Assembly: GCF_000091665.1 (NCBI RefSeq)
Contig: NC_000909.1
Span: forward strand, 90,001 to 122,000
Direction of reading: 5' to 3'
Length of the DNA: 32,000 nucleotides
DNA from: Methanocaldococcus jannaschii DSM 2661
GTDB taxonomy: Archaea > AGJL01 > Methanococci > Methanococcales > Methanocaldococcaceae
Every line of letters starts with the position of its first letter. The stretch's first letter is position 1. Positions 16,958 through 27,070 of this stretch are shown here, piece after piece. The translations under genes were made by a program, and so were the position numbers. The notes below the pieces were generated by a model. It was not told the DNA's origin. It saw nothing but the letters and a program-made list of their open reading frames with translations, and ran no database searches.

Positions 16958-18148
16958 ATGGATATATCAAAACTACTGAAAGATAGAAAAATACTGATTT
17001 TAATTATATTTGTTACTCTATCTGTATTCTTAATCGTATTTAAAGGACTTGATTTTGGGATTGATTTAAGTGGAGGAACGATTATTGTTTTAAAAGCAGA
17101 GAAACCAATGAGTGACAAAGAAATAGAGGCAACAATTAAAATTATTACAGAAAGATTGAATTATAATGGATTAAACGATGTAGTAATATATCCAAGAGGA
17201 AATGATGAAATTATTGTAGAAATTCCAAAAAGTTGTGATACTGATAGGATAATTAAAATATTGAAACAACAAGGGGTTTTTGTAGCAAAGATTGACAATA
17301 TAACTGCATATACTGGAAGTGATGTGCAGAATGTTGAACTTCCAACAAAGATTCCACAAGGGGAAACTTGGGCTTATGGAGTTCCTTTTGAATTAACATT
17401 AGAAGGAGCTAAAAAGTTTGCCGAAGTTGCTAAAGGTAAGGCATATCATAAAGTTGAGTTGTATATGGATGGAAAGTTAATCTCAGCTCCTGTCTTATCT
17501 CCAGACTTAGCTGATGGAAAACCTCATCCACAGCAGGTTATTACTGTTGGAGCATACCCTCCAACTAAAGAAGAGATTGACGAAGCAATGGCTATTTATT
17601 CAGCTCTAAAATCTGGAGCTTTGCCAGTAAAATTGGATATTGAATATATATCTACAATATCTCCAGAATTTGGTAAAGAATTTTTAAAAGGAACAGCTAT
17701 TGCTTTATTATTGGCGTTTATAGCTGTTGGGATAATAGTCAGTATTAGATACAAACAGCCAAAGATAGCAATCCCAATTTTAATAACCTGTATATCAGAA
17801 GTTATTATTATATTGGGCTTTGCTTCTTTAATAGATTGGAAGTTAGATTTACCTTCAATAGCAGGGATTATTGCTGCTGTAGGAACTGGAGTTGATAACC
17901 AAATTGTCATAACTGATGAGGCATTAAAGAGAGGAGCTGGTAAGATAAGGGCAAGCATTAAAAGGGCTTTCTTTATAATATTTGCCTCTGCGGCAACATC
18001 CATCGCAGCTATGCTTCCTCTATTTGTTCTTGGGGTGGGAATGTTAAAAGGATTTGCAATAACTACAATAGCAGGGGTTTTAATAGGGATATTTATAACA
18101 AGACCCGCATTTGCAAGAATTATAGAAGAGATGTTTAAAAAGTTTTAA
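16958..18148 (+). CDS. secD: Preprotein translocase subunit SecD
   Basis: GLDFGIDLSGGTIIVL, GKEFLKGTAIALLLAFIAVGIIVSIRYK, AGIIAAVGTGVDNQIVITDEALKRG. Confidence 0.93.
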   Translation: MDISKLLKDRKILILIIFVTLSVFLIVFKGLDFGIDLSGGTIIVLKAEKPMSDKEIEATIKIITERLNYNGLNDVVIYPRGNDEIIVEIPKSCDTDRIIKILKQQGVFVAKIDNITAYTGSDVQNVELPTKIPQGETWAYGVPFELTLEGAKKFAEVAKGKAYHKVELYMDGKLISAPVLSPDLADGKPHPQQVITVGAYPPTKEEIDEAMAIYSALKSGALPVKLDIEYISTISPEFGKEFLKGTAIALLLAFIAVGIIVSIRYKQPKIAIPILITCISEVIIILGFASLIDWKLDLPSIAGIIAAVGTGVDNQIVITDEALKRGAGKIRASIKRAFFIIFASAATSIAAMLPLFVLGVGMLKGFAITTIAGVLIGIFITRPAFARIIEEMFKKF

Positions 18149-18251
18149 AAATCCAAACTATTAAATTTATTTCTATTTTTTTAGAAACTAAAAGAGTTAA
18201 AAATTTAGTTCCTATTTTTCAAATTTATTGAATTAGACTAAATAAAAAATT

Positions 18252-18352
18252 ATTTTTATTCCATATTGGTCTGATTTTAATGAAATGTTTATTCTTGGAG
18301 AGCCACACATTATTTGTGATGAGTTTCCATTCCGAATCGGTCTGATTTTAAT
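18252..18352 (-). CRISPR. Minimal CRISPR locus: one intact repeat, one 41-nt spacer, one degenerate repeat
   Basis: Intact repeat GTTTCCATTCCGAATCGGTCTGATTTTAAT at 18323-18352. Degenerate tttttattccatattggtctgattttaat ends at 18281. Confidence 0.75.
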
Positions 18353-18545
18353 TCTTTTAATATTTAAAATTTTCTCCCTTTAATAAAACAGAGCATTCTT
18401 ATCTCCTTAAATTCAAAAATTTAACTTATTAGTTAGAGAAATCTTATTTAGATAATTATTTAATTTTTATTTTTAAAAATCTGAATAATTCAATAAACTC
18501 AAATATTCTAAATAATCAAACCAGCAAACCCTTAGAAATTAAATT
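18353..18545 (-). promoter_or_regulatory. CRISPR leader copy 2
   Basis: Aligns along its length with 2632-2825 (ttaaaattttctccctttaataaaacagagcattc, gttagagaaatcttattta, aatcaaaccagcaaacccttagaaattaaat). Confidence 0.75.
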
Positions 18546-18690
18546 TAAAACCTCTAAATAAATAATTCCTAAATACTCTTATTTTCAAAATCCAAACATA
18601 TTCAACAAGACAATCAATAAACCAAACAACAAAATCAGAAATTCCAAACCTACAATTTTTCTTTTTTATAAAAATATTTAAATAATGTAT

Positions 18691-20157
18691 TTAAGCTGTT
18701 TGATTCTTCTCCTTCCATTCTTTTAATATCTTATCCCAGTTATTTCTTAAGAAGTCACCAACTTGAGATGAATCTCTTGTTCCAACAACACATGTCCAGC
18801 CGGTTTTGTCTTCAATATCTCCTCTTGTAGAAGCAGCTAAAGCTGGCAATATTATTATCCTGTGGCTAACTTTATCAGCGATTCCTGTCTCTTCAATTAA
18901 TTTTTTAGCATTTTCTCCATTATACTGCCCTCCTGCAACTGAAACATCAACAGCCTTTCCTCCAGTGTCCATAACCAATAGCCAGCAGGTAACGTTATCT
19001 TTCTCAAAGTCTCCTGTAACTGTGTAGAATGTTAATGAGAAGTTTGTTGTTAATATAACTGGGCTGTTTTCGTCTGGATTGCCAATTGGGTATAAGCCTG
19101 GCTCAACTGCCTGTGGCTTTCTTGGGTCTGTATAGATACACTGTCTCAATGTTAGGACTGGCATTAATTCCCATATATCCATTCCATGCATAATTAAAGC
19201 ATCTGCATATCTGTTCATCAATGTATTGGCTATTGTAGCCTCAAACATCTTAGCAACAACCTCTTTATCCTCAAAAAATCCAGAGATTGGGCATTCATTT
19301 TTTAAAGCATAATAATAAGCGTTAATTGGTAAATTTAATATTGGAAATCCTAAGTATTTATCTTCCTTCTCAATAGCACTCCTCCTAATCATTACATTCA
19401 AATCTAATGTTTCAGCGATATTTTCTGGGTATGTGTGAGGTTCTAAAACTAAATCTTCAATACCATTAGCTAAGCACTTTGCAGCCATGTTTTTTAAATC
19501 TTTAACATTATTTGATGATAAAACCAAAACAACGTCCTTTTTAACTTCTTTAATAACCTTTATGAAATCATTTAACGTTTCTTTTGTTGCGGCATAGACC
19601 ATTGGCTTTGATTTAACAACTTTTAAAGCTTCCTTTATAACCTCCGGATTTAATGAGGCAATGCAAATAGGCATCTTTGTTTCTTTTTCAACAATTTCTA
19701 TAGCTTTTTTAAACTTCTCAACATCTCCAGATGCATTTCTTATAACAATAAAGTCTAATTTTAACTTTTCTCCAGTTCTTTCAAATACAAAGTTCTCTAT
19801 TTCCTTAGCTCTATTTTTAATTTCTTCTTCACTTAACTCGTCGCTAATATCAACACCAATTGGTGTAGGGTTAAAGAATGATAACTGATATCTATACATT
19901 ACCTCGTCTCCACCCATAACCGCCTTTTTTTCTTCGTTCCCAAACCAAACTTCTTTTACTGGTGGAGAGATAAGCTCTATAATCTTCTTTTTATTTTTCT
20001 CAAATTTTGGGGTGTTTAATATAGGACATTGGTCAATTGTTGCCTCTTTCTCTAACAGTTTTGTAGCAAATGCCATGCATGACGGATAACCGCATTTTTT
20101 ACAGTTTGTTTTTGGCAGTAATTTGTAAATATCCATTGCACTAATCTTTTTTGGCAT
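18691..20157 (-). CDS. cdhE: CO dehydrogenase/acetyl-CoA synthase corrinoid Fe-S protein gamma subunit
   Basis: MDIYKLLPKTNCKKCGYPSCMAFATKLLEKEATIDQCPIL (Fe-S domain) plus the long AcsC/CdhE barrel domain. Confidence 0.95.
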   Translation of the reverse strand: MPKKISAMDIYKLLPKTNCKKCGYPSCMAFATKLLEKEATIDQCPILNTPKFEKNKKKIIELISPPVKEVWFGNEEKKAVMGGDEVMYRYQLSFFNPTPIGVDISDELSEEEIKNRAKEIENFVFERTGEKLKLDFIVIRNASGDVEKFKKAIEIVEKETKMPICIASLNPEVIKEALKVVKSKPMVYAATKETLNDFIKVIKEVKKDVVLVLSSNNVKDLKNMAAKCLANGIEDLVLEPHTYPENIAETLDLNVMIRRSAIEKEDKYLGFPILNLPINAYYYALKNECPISGFFEDKEVVAKMFEATIANTLMNRYADALIMHGMDIWELMPVLTLRQCIYTDPRKPQAVEPGLYPIGNPDENSPVILTTNFSLTFYTVTGDFEKDNVTCWLLVMDTGGKAVDVSVAGGQYNGENAKKLIEETGIADKVSHRIIILPALAASTRGDIEDKTGWTCVVGTRDSSQVGDFLRNNWDKILKEWKEKNQTA

Positions 20158-20211
20158 TCTATCACCTTTAGATTAATAATTACAATTATATTACAATTTT
20201 ATGCCTTTGCC

Positions 20212-20244
20212 ACAATCTAATCGTAGTTGTTGGTGTTTATCTTA
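20212..20244 (-). pseudogene. Second, diverged copy of the cdhD 3' end
   Basis: 27 of 33 nt match 20338-20370. Minus strand reads KINTNNYD* versus KLNTNNYEWIVSP* in the intact gene. Confidence 0.75.
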
Positions 20245-20257
20245 CGTATTTAACTAA

Positions 20258-20331
20258 GCTTGGACATTAATTGGGGCTGATAGCCCCAACTTAATGGACG
20301 GGAGGTATCCCAATAGGAGGTCTCCTCCTAT
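20258..20331. repeat. Modular hairpin element C (minimal form)
   Basis: CATTAA-TTGGGGCT-gat-AGCCCCAA-c-TTAATG (20265-20296) and ATAGGAGG-tct-CCTCCTAT (20313-20331). The cdhD stop codon (20328-20330) lies inside the second hairpin. Confidence 0.85.
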
Positions 20332-21515
20332 GGGCTGACAATCCACTCATAGTTGTTTGTGTTTAGTTTAACCTCTCCTGGCTTGGTTGTTAGAGTTTTT
20401 CCAATCTCTTTCAGTGTTTTAACTGATATTGGATTGAGCATCATGAATAAATCTACTCCACACATCATCATCGTAATTCCAGTAGTTATTTCCCATAATG
20501 GTAATCTATACTCTCTTGGCCCCCATTCAGGATTGTTCATCCATGCCTCTCTTGCTCCAATAGCGTTTGTTGTTCCAGATGACATTGGCATATTAACCAA
20601 CTCATCTCCCTTCAATCCATTTAATCTTAATCTAACCATTGCGTTGATTGAGAACTCAATCCCATAACCTAAAGCACATGTTGTTGGATCCATAACTATT
20701 CTATTTGGGTCCAAACCAGCTTCAACAAGTTTTCTATTTAAATCTCTCGCCATATTTGGGTCCATAATACTCCATGCTAATACGTTGTGGTCATATTTCA
20801 TAGCTGCATCAACTATCTTTTTATAATCCAACTCCAAGTTTGCTGAAGCTAATAAGCATCTATCTCCTTCTGCTACTTCAGCACATGCTTCCAAAACTAA
20901 AGGGTCTTTTTGAGGATTTCCACTACCTCCAATAACAAATGGAACATCAACTGCCTGTAATAAATCTTCCATTAATTTTGCAGCTTCTTTTGGACTTTTA
21001 TCTTTAATTTTTGGGTCTGTGGAGATGTGGTGAATTGTTATCATATCTGCCCCAAATTCTTTAACACACTTCTTTGCCCATTCGCAAGGGTCTTCCATAA
21101 CATCCTGGAAAAACTGCCTAATTGGTTTTGGTAATCCTGGCATTGGTATATCGAATATATCGAAAGTAACAACTGGTGGATTTGGCTGTGGTTCTTCAAA
21201 TCTATATAAAGCTCTCTGTCCCCCAATTTTCACAACTTTTCCTCTTCCTCCTTCTGATTTTGGTTTTCCAAATTGGACTTCTCTTATATATCCAGGATAT
21301 TTTTCAACTGGTGGTTCCCAATCTAACTCTGGGACATCTTTAATTTCTATAATTCCTTCTTCAGCCAATTTTTCTTTTATTGATGGTGTTTGAGGAATAA
21401 CTATTGGAGGGGCTGATGGGATATTTATAATTAATTCATCTGCGGTGATTTTTATATCCTCAATCTCAATTCTACCAACTTTTTCAATGATTTTTATCAA
21501 AGTATTTAAATCCAT
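20328..21515 (-). CDS. cdhD: CO dehydrogenase/acetyl-CoA synthase corrinoid Fe-S protein delta subunit
   Basis: ITADELIINIPSAPP...VTFDIFDIPMPGLPKPIRQFFQDVMEDPCEWAKKCVKEFGADMITIHHISTDP. The start MDLNTLIKI is preceded by GGTGAGG. Confidence 0.94.
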   Translation of the reverse strand: MDLNTLIKIIEKVGRIEIEDIKITADELIINIPSAPPIVIPQTPSIKEKLAEEGIIEIKDVPELDWEPPVEKYPGYIREVQFGKPKSEGGRGKVVKIGGQRALYRFEEPQPNPPVVTFDIFDIPMPGLPKPIRQFFQDVMEDPCEWAKKCVKEFGADMITIHHISTDPKIKDKSPKEAAKLMEDLLQAVDVPFVIGGSGNPQKDPLVLEACAEVAEGDRCLLASANLELDYKKIVDAAMKYDHNVLAWSIMDPNMARDLNRKLVEAGLDPNRIVMDPTTCALGYGIEFSINAMVRLRLNGLKGDELVNMPMSSGTTNAIGAREAWMNNPEWGPREYRLPLWEITTGITMMMCGVDLFMMLNPISVKTLKEIGKTLTTKPGEVKLNTNNYEWIVSP

Positions 21516-21765
21516 AACCTCACCCAATCTGTCATTATAAATCATTATAGATTAAGATTAAGTTATTACCAAACTTCATATATAAACGTTATTATTTCAA
21601 TTTTTTAAAGGAAAATTTCTAAAAAATAAAAAATATTTTATTTTATCTTAAATTGACAAACAGTATTCGTTATTAGATATTTTAATAGCTATATTACATT
21701 TTGTATGAAAAACTTTTATATATTTTGGATGTCTATCAATATTACTGCCTACTACCCATTAATGT

Positions 21766-21854
21766 GGCGCGGGGTACCGGGCTTGGTAGCCCGGGGCGGA
21801 CTTCAGATCCGTCGAGGGCGAGAGCCCTCGGGGTTCGATTCCCCCCCTGCGCCG
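21766..21854 (+). tRNA. selC: tRNA-Sec (anticodon TCA)
   Basis: 9-bp acceptor GGCGCGGGG/CCCTGCGCC (one G-U), 7-bp D stem CCGGGCT/AGCCCGG, anticodon loop cTTCAga, long variable arm CGAGGGC/GCCCTCG, GGTTCGATTCC T-arm, discriminator G, no encoded CCA. Confidence 0.93.
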
Positions 21855-21873
21855 TCATTATTTTTGTGAGATT

Positions 21874-22785
21874 ATGGAGAAAGTGTATTCAAAATTTGGA
21901 AGAATTGAAGATTTAAAAGAAATTATTTCTGGATTGGTTAATTTTACAGGAATTATTAGAATAGACAATGCCCTTCTCTTTTACATTGACTCAAAACTTA
22001 TCTCATCAAAGTTTAATGGTAGAGAAAAAAGTTTAGAAGAGATATTTTCACAAATTCCAGACGAGTTTTTAATAGAGATTTATCAAGGAAATGAAAAGGA
22101 AGTAAAATCTGCTCTTATAAATTTTAAACCAGAGGAATCTATTGTTGAAATTTCTAAGCTAAGCCTGGTTTTTGAGAATGAGGTTATTTTGAATTCTTAC
22201 AACGATGTATATAAATATTTAACTTACATAAATAAAGTTATTTTTATGCCAAAAAGATTTAAAAATGAAAAAGGGATTGTTGTTTATAAAAACAAGAGAG
22301 AGGTTTTTGCAGTATATTTTGGTAGAAAAACTTTATTTGGGAAGAAAGCAATTAGCAAACTAAAAACAACATTTGCCGTTAGTGAAATAATTGCAAAAAT
22401 TGAGAAAATATCCAATGAAGAATTAAATTCTTTAAAAAATCAATATCCTGAAGGCGTTTTATTGTTTGGAGATTCAATTAACGATGTTGTTAAGAAAATA
22501 ATATCTTCAAAAAAACCTATAATCTTAGAAAATGTTTCATTGATTGATGCTCTATCTTACGGAACATGTTTAATTAAGATTGAGGGTAGTGAAATTGGAT
22601 ATATTGTAGCTAAAGATGGAAAACCAGTATATGCATTTTTAAATGATTATGATGGAGAAAAAAGTTACAGATTGTTAAAGAGCATGTGTATTGTTGAAGA
22701 TGTTAAATACTCCATCTATAAGCTATCAAAAGAAGAGTATGACATGTTTAAAACATTTCAGGAAAACAAAATCCCATTATCTTAA
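21874..22785 (+). CDS. Hypothetical protein, 303 aa
   Basis: Long [44 protein letters not shown]... starting 20 nt downstream of tRNA-Sec. I could not assign a family. Confidence 0.8.
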
Positions 22786-23249
22786 TCCTTATCAATCATT
22801 TTTATAGCCATTTCATAGGCTTTCTTTAAATCTCCTGTCTCTAAGATACATTTTTCAGCAATATCTTTTGGAATGCCTTTTTTAACAAAAACTTCCACTG
22901 CCTCTTTAAAAAACTGGCTATTTCTTATAATTTCCTCAGCAAGCTGTTTTTTTAGCTCCATGTATTCATCTGGACTTATGTTGTTTTTAGCAAGCTCATA
23001 ATCCCTGTAAGGGCAGGGTTTTGTTATTTTACAACACCAAACTAAACTACCAAAGCATGTATTTTCTCCTAAACCAAGTTTTGTCCTCTTTCCAAATTCT
23101 TCCTTTATTCTTATAAACTCCTCTGGTGACATTTTCAATACAGCTAACGCTTTATGAATAGGACAGTATTTTATTGGAGGACAGCAAAAAGCTAAACCTC
23201 TCAAATCTCCTCCCCTACATATATGAGATGGAGCATTCTCCCAGCCCAT
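22782..23249 (-). CDS. Methanogenesis marker protein 9 family
   Basis: [35 protein letters not shown] with [19 protein letters not shown], the Cys-rich marker 9 pattern. Confidence 0.85.
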
Positions 23250-23253
23250 AATT

Positions 23254-23931
23254 TCACCTTATCATTTCTTTTATTTTTTCAACAACTTTTTCTATTGCGT
23301 TATTCAAAATTTTCTCTCCAAGTTTTTTATCCAACTTAACTCCAAATCTTTTAACAACTTTTGCCTCTTTATCTATTGCTTTGTTGTTTTCTCTTGCCTC
23401 TTTTAGCCCAACCATTCCTACTTCAGGATATTTTTCAAAGTTGTTGTGCTCTTTCAAAGTTTCTTCATCAGCTTTAGCTATTCCAATAATGTAACCAACA
23501 GAAACCTCCTCAGTTGATGCATGTGTAAAGGTTATATTTATCATCTCAACCTTTATATCAAACTCATACTCTAAATCTTTTAAAAAACTTTCAACTAAGA
23601 TGTTTCCCCCATGGCAATTAACTATCAAAAACTTCTCTACACCAATTTTTTTACCTTCATTTATCAAAAATCTCATATAGCTATAAACTTCCTCTGGTTT
23701 GTTGTGAATGCCATGCTTAACATACTCATATTCAGTTGATGGAATAACAACTCCTAAAAACTTAGCCCCAGTTAAAATAGATGCCTTTAAAGCTATATAA
23801 GATGCTATCTTTATATCAGTGTCTATTGGCAAAACAGCTCCATGATTTTCTAAGAATGACCCAAGGGCAATAATCCCCACTTTATGGACTTTTTCATTTA
23901 ATACATTTCCTGATGATAATCTAAGTTGCAT
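23254..23931 (-). CDS. arfB: FAPy deformylase ArfB (creatininase family)
   Basis: [35 protein letters not shown] metal-binding motif. I recall the M. jannaschii homologue MJ0116 as ArfB. Confidence 0.8.
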
Positions 23932-23972
23932 AATATCCCAGAAATGTAAAATTTTGATATAAAAAAAGAAAA

Positions 23973-24155
23973 TTACTCTGCCTTATTTTTATTTTTTAAA
24001 GCTCTTTTTAACATTCTCCTATATTTTCCCCATCTATCCTCTAAAGAAAATTTTGGTGGTTTTGGAATTACCGTTTTCTCTCCACATTTTGGACAGATTT
24101 CTTTTAAAGTATATAGCCCGCATTTTGGACATTTTTTCATTCTCATCTCTACCAC
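23973..24155 (-). CDS. nop10: H/ACA RNP protein Nop10
   Basis: [42 protein letters not shown]. Confidence 0.95.
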
Positions 24156-24161
24156 TTATCT

Positions 24162-24962
24162 TTATTTCTTACTCTCCCTATAGTAAGTTCCTTCTCCACC
24201 AAGTTTTTTAATTGTTGCTACTGCCTTTTCACAAACTTTTTTAAAAACCTCCTCTCCACTCTTGTAATCTGGAGCTATAACAACAACCCTATACTTTGGA
24301 GCTCCTATATAGGTTATCTTAACCTCAACATCCTCATAAGGGTTAGCTTTTAAGGCTGTTGTTAATGCTTTCTTTATTTGTTTAATTCCATCTGGGGCGT
24401 AAGATTTCATCTCAATAACTCCTTCAACTTCAACGTTTGTTAGCTCAATACTCTCCTTAGCTACTTCATATAAAACATTTTTCCATTCTTCACTAATCTC
24501 TAAATCATCTAAAACTTCTTTCCCTTCAATAACCATTGTTTCAAAGGCATTGTATAGCTCCCCAAACTCATCCTCCAACAAATAGCCAACCTCTTCCCAA
24601 GCTTCCTCTAAGCTTTTACCCAATTTTTCAGCAGCTCTTTCAAGCATCTTTGAAGCTCTTTGGAATCTCTTCCATTCTTGAACTTTTGCCCTTTTTTGCT
24701 GCTCAGTAACTCTCTTTAAGGATAAATCAATATGTCCCTTCCTCTCATCAACTCTCAAAACCTTTGCAACAACTCTCTGCCCAACTTTAACGTGGTCTCT
24801 AATGTTTTTAACCCATCCTGATGTAACCTCAGAGATGTGAATCATTCCTTCCTTTCCTGGGTATTCTAAAAGCTCTACGAATGCTCCATACGGCTTAACA
24901 TCCTTTACAGTTCCTATAACTATATCTCCTTCTTCTGGAAATTCTCTTCTCATAATAAACAC
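24162..24962 (-). CDS. Translation initiation factor aIF2 subunit alpha
   Basis: N-terminal S1 domain (GDIVIGTVKDVKPYGAFVELLEYPGKEGMIHISEV) and the aIF2-alpha C-terminal region. Confidence 0.95.
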   Translation of the reverse strand: MFIMRREFPEEGDIVIGTVKDVKPYGAFVELLEYPGKEGMIHISEVTSGWVKNIRDHVKVGQRVVAKVLRVDERKGHIDLSLKRVTEQQKRAKVQEWKRFQRASKMLERAAEKLGKSLEEAWEEVGYLLEDEFGELYNAFETMVIEGKEVLDDLEISEEWKNVLYEVAKESIELTNVEVEGVIEMKSYAPDGIKQIKKALTTALKANPYEDVEVKITYIGAPKYRVVVIAPDYKSGEEVFKKVCEKAVATIKKLGGEGTYYRESKK

Positions 24963-25193
24963 CTCATAAAATTAGATTCTGTTCCTTTAAAATTAATTAT
25001 AATGTAGTAATATAAAAAGATTGAATTGGTGAATTTGCTTTTTCATTATTTGAGTTTAAGAGATATATATTACTTAGGTTTATCCGCAAACTTTATTTAT
25101 GAATTTAGATAATAAAATTTAAATTTTTAATTTTCTTAAAGTAATATTAAATTTATCGAAAGTATTATAAAGGTTGAAAGAAATAGTAGAGTT

Positions 25194-25697
25194 ATGAAAA
25201 ATGAGGTGAAATTTATGAGTGAAGTGATAAAGGTTGTTGATGTAAAAATATTTCCACACAGATATTTGAAGGCAGAAACTACAGAGAAGGTATTAAATGA
25301 GATTTATGATTTGGATGGAATTGTTAGGGTTATAGTTCATGGACAACCCTTGCCAAAAACTGTTCCATTTGGTCCTGCAAGAGGATTGCCTGTAAATCAC
25401 CAAGATAGAAAAGTTATTAAGGTTAAAGGCGAAGAAATGGAATTGAGAGTTAAAGTTGGAGAGATAATTATAACAGTTGAAGGAGAAAAACTTGAAAAGA
25501 TAATGGATGGAATAGAAGAGATATGTAAAAGAAACTTCCCATTTGGATATGATATCTATGTAGGTGCATTTACTAAAATAAAGCCAACTGTAACTGATTA
25601 TATGAAGTATGGAGATATTAGCAGTATAGACCCAAGATTGATTGGCATGGTAGATGCATCAGCAAGATTAAAAGATTCTGTAAAGATGATAAAATAA
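25194..25697 (+). CDS. McrD-like protein (methyl-CoM reductase operon protein D family)
   Basis: VDVKIFPHRYLKAETTEKVLNEIYDLDGIVRVIVHGQPLPKTVPFGPARGLPVNH resembles McrD. Confidence 0.75.
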   Translation: MKNEVKFMSEVIKVVDVKIFPHRYLKAETTEKVLNEIYDLDGIVRVIVHGQPLPKTVPFGPARGLPVNHQDRKVIKVKGEEMELRVKVGEIIITVEGEKLEKIMDGIEEICKRNFPFGYDIYVGAFTKIKPTVTDYMKYGDISSIDPRLIGMVDASARLKDSVKMIK

Positions 25698-25722
25698 ATA
25701 ATTAAAAAAATATTTTTTATTT

Positions 25723-26367
25723 TTAAAATACTTTCAAATCAATACCTTCTATATAAACTCTTTTTCCCTCAACTTGCACTACTACTCCAGAATGAACCTT
25801 CTGCATCATACAGTGTTTTGGGATAAATTTAACAGTTTTTCCAACCTCTGGAACTTTACCTTCTACAATTCCCTCAAATGCAACAACTATCGCTATACCA
25901 ACATCTTTATACTCTATTTTTTCCCCAGTTATCCTATGGCTCGGTCCCACTACATGGATTATATAAAAGCCATGATACTCATCGATTATTTTAGCAAAGT
26001 GTGGAATTGGACAACCTAAAGGTCTATATCTTATATAATCTCCAACTTTAAGCTCTTTTTTATCCATAATTAATAGTGTCTCTCTACAAGAACATTCATT
26101 TGGTAGAGGTTTTAATAGAAAATCTGCCTCATATCCATCAATAACTCCAATGTATTTTTCCTCTTTTTTAATTTTTCCTTTAATCTTTAAAATCTCTTTT
26201 AATTTTTCATAGTTTTCTTTAAATCTCTCCCTAAGCAAAAATGGGCAGTCCTCTAATTTTACATCTTTATTTAATAATGCCTCAGCAAATAAATCACATC
26301 TCTTATAACCACAAGCTCCACAATTGAATCCTGGAAGATATTTGGTAATTTCATTTACATCGACCAT
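25723..26367 (-). CDS. Fe-S cluster (CxxCGYxxC) domain protein, methanogen-specific
   Basis: [44 protein letters not shown]. The start at MVDVNE abuts the upstream gene stop. Confidence 0.75.
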   Translation of the reverse strand: MVDVNEITKYLPGFNCGACGYKRCDLFAEALLNKDVKLEDCPFLLRERFKENYEKLKEILKIKGKIKKEEKYIGVIDGYEADFLLKPLPNECSCRETLLIMDKKELKVGDYIRYRPLGCPIPHFAKIIDEYHGFYIIHVVGPSHRITGEKIEYKDVGIAIVVAFEGIVEGKVPEVGKTVKFIPKHCMMQKVHSGVVVQVEGKRVYIEGIDLKVF

Positions 26368-26368
26368 T

Positions 26369-27070
26369 TTACTCCCCTTCATATTCCATGAATCCATCTA
26401 TTCTTCTTAAAATTCCTCTGTGATACTTTTTACTAACTCTTGTCTCTCCAACACATAAGGTGCAAATACACAATGGAGCGTTGTGTCTTAGCTCTTCATT
26501 TTCTAAATCTTTAATATCTTTGCTTTCAATAATCTCCTTGGCTATTTCAACACATCCCTGCCCTGTAAGTCCATTAACTTCATAAATTCTACAATTTGGG
26601 TTCATCTCTAAAACTCTTTCTCTAAAAACTTCTCTTTCAGCTTGAGAGATGATATCTCCTTTGGTTATAACTACAATATCTGCACTTGTTAAGAACGGCC
26701 CTACTTTTCTTGGCGTGTTCGGCCCTGAAGTGGCATCAATGACACAAATTCCCAAACTGTTTTTTGTGTAAGGGGCACATCTATGGCAGAGACCAGCAGT
26801 TTCTATTAGTAAGATATCTCCCTTATCCTTAGCCCAATCAACCATTTCTTCAAAGTTGTATATTGCAAAGTGGTCTGGGCACATATCCTTACTTAAACCA
26901 ACTAAAACAGGGATGCCCAATTTTTTATACCTGACATCATCGTCAGTATATAAACAGTCAATTTTTACAACTACTGGCTTATATCCTTCATTAATTAAGG
27001 TTCTTATTGTGTGAATTAATACTGAAGTCTTTCCAGCTCCAGGGGTTCCTGCAACTATTGCCACTTTCAT
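26369..27070 (-). CDS. P-loop GTPase/ATPase of the CooC/HypB-like maturation type
   Basis: [60 protein letters not shown]. Confidence 0.75.
   Translation of the reverse strand: MKVAIVAGTPGAGKTSVLIHTIRTLINEGYKPVVVKIDCLYTDDDVRYKKLGIPVLVGLSKDMCPDHFAIYNFEEMVDWAKDKGDILLIETAGLCHRCAPYTKNSLGICVIDATSGPNTPRKVGPFLTSADIVVITKGDIISQAEREVFRERVLEMNPNCRIYEVNGLTGQGCVEIAKEIIESKDIKDLENEELRHNAPLCICTLCVGETRVSKKYHRGILRRIDGFMEYEGE

Noticed and set aside
21701-21916. 71-aa plus ORF
   Set aside because: Spans the tRNA-Sec gene; composition explained by the tRNA.
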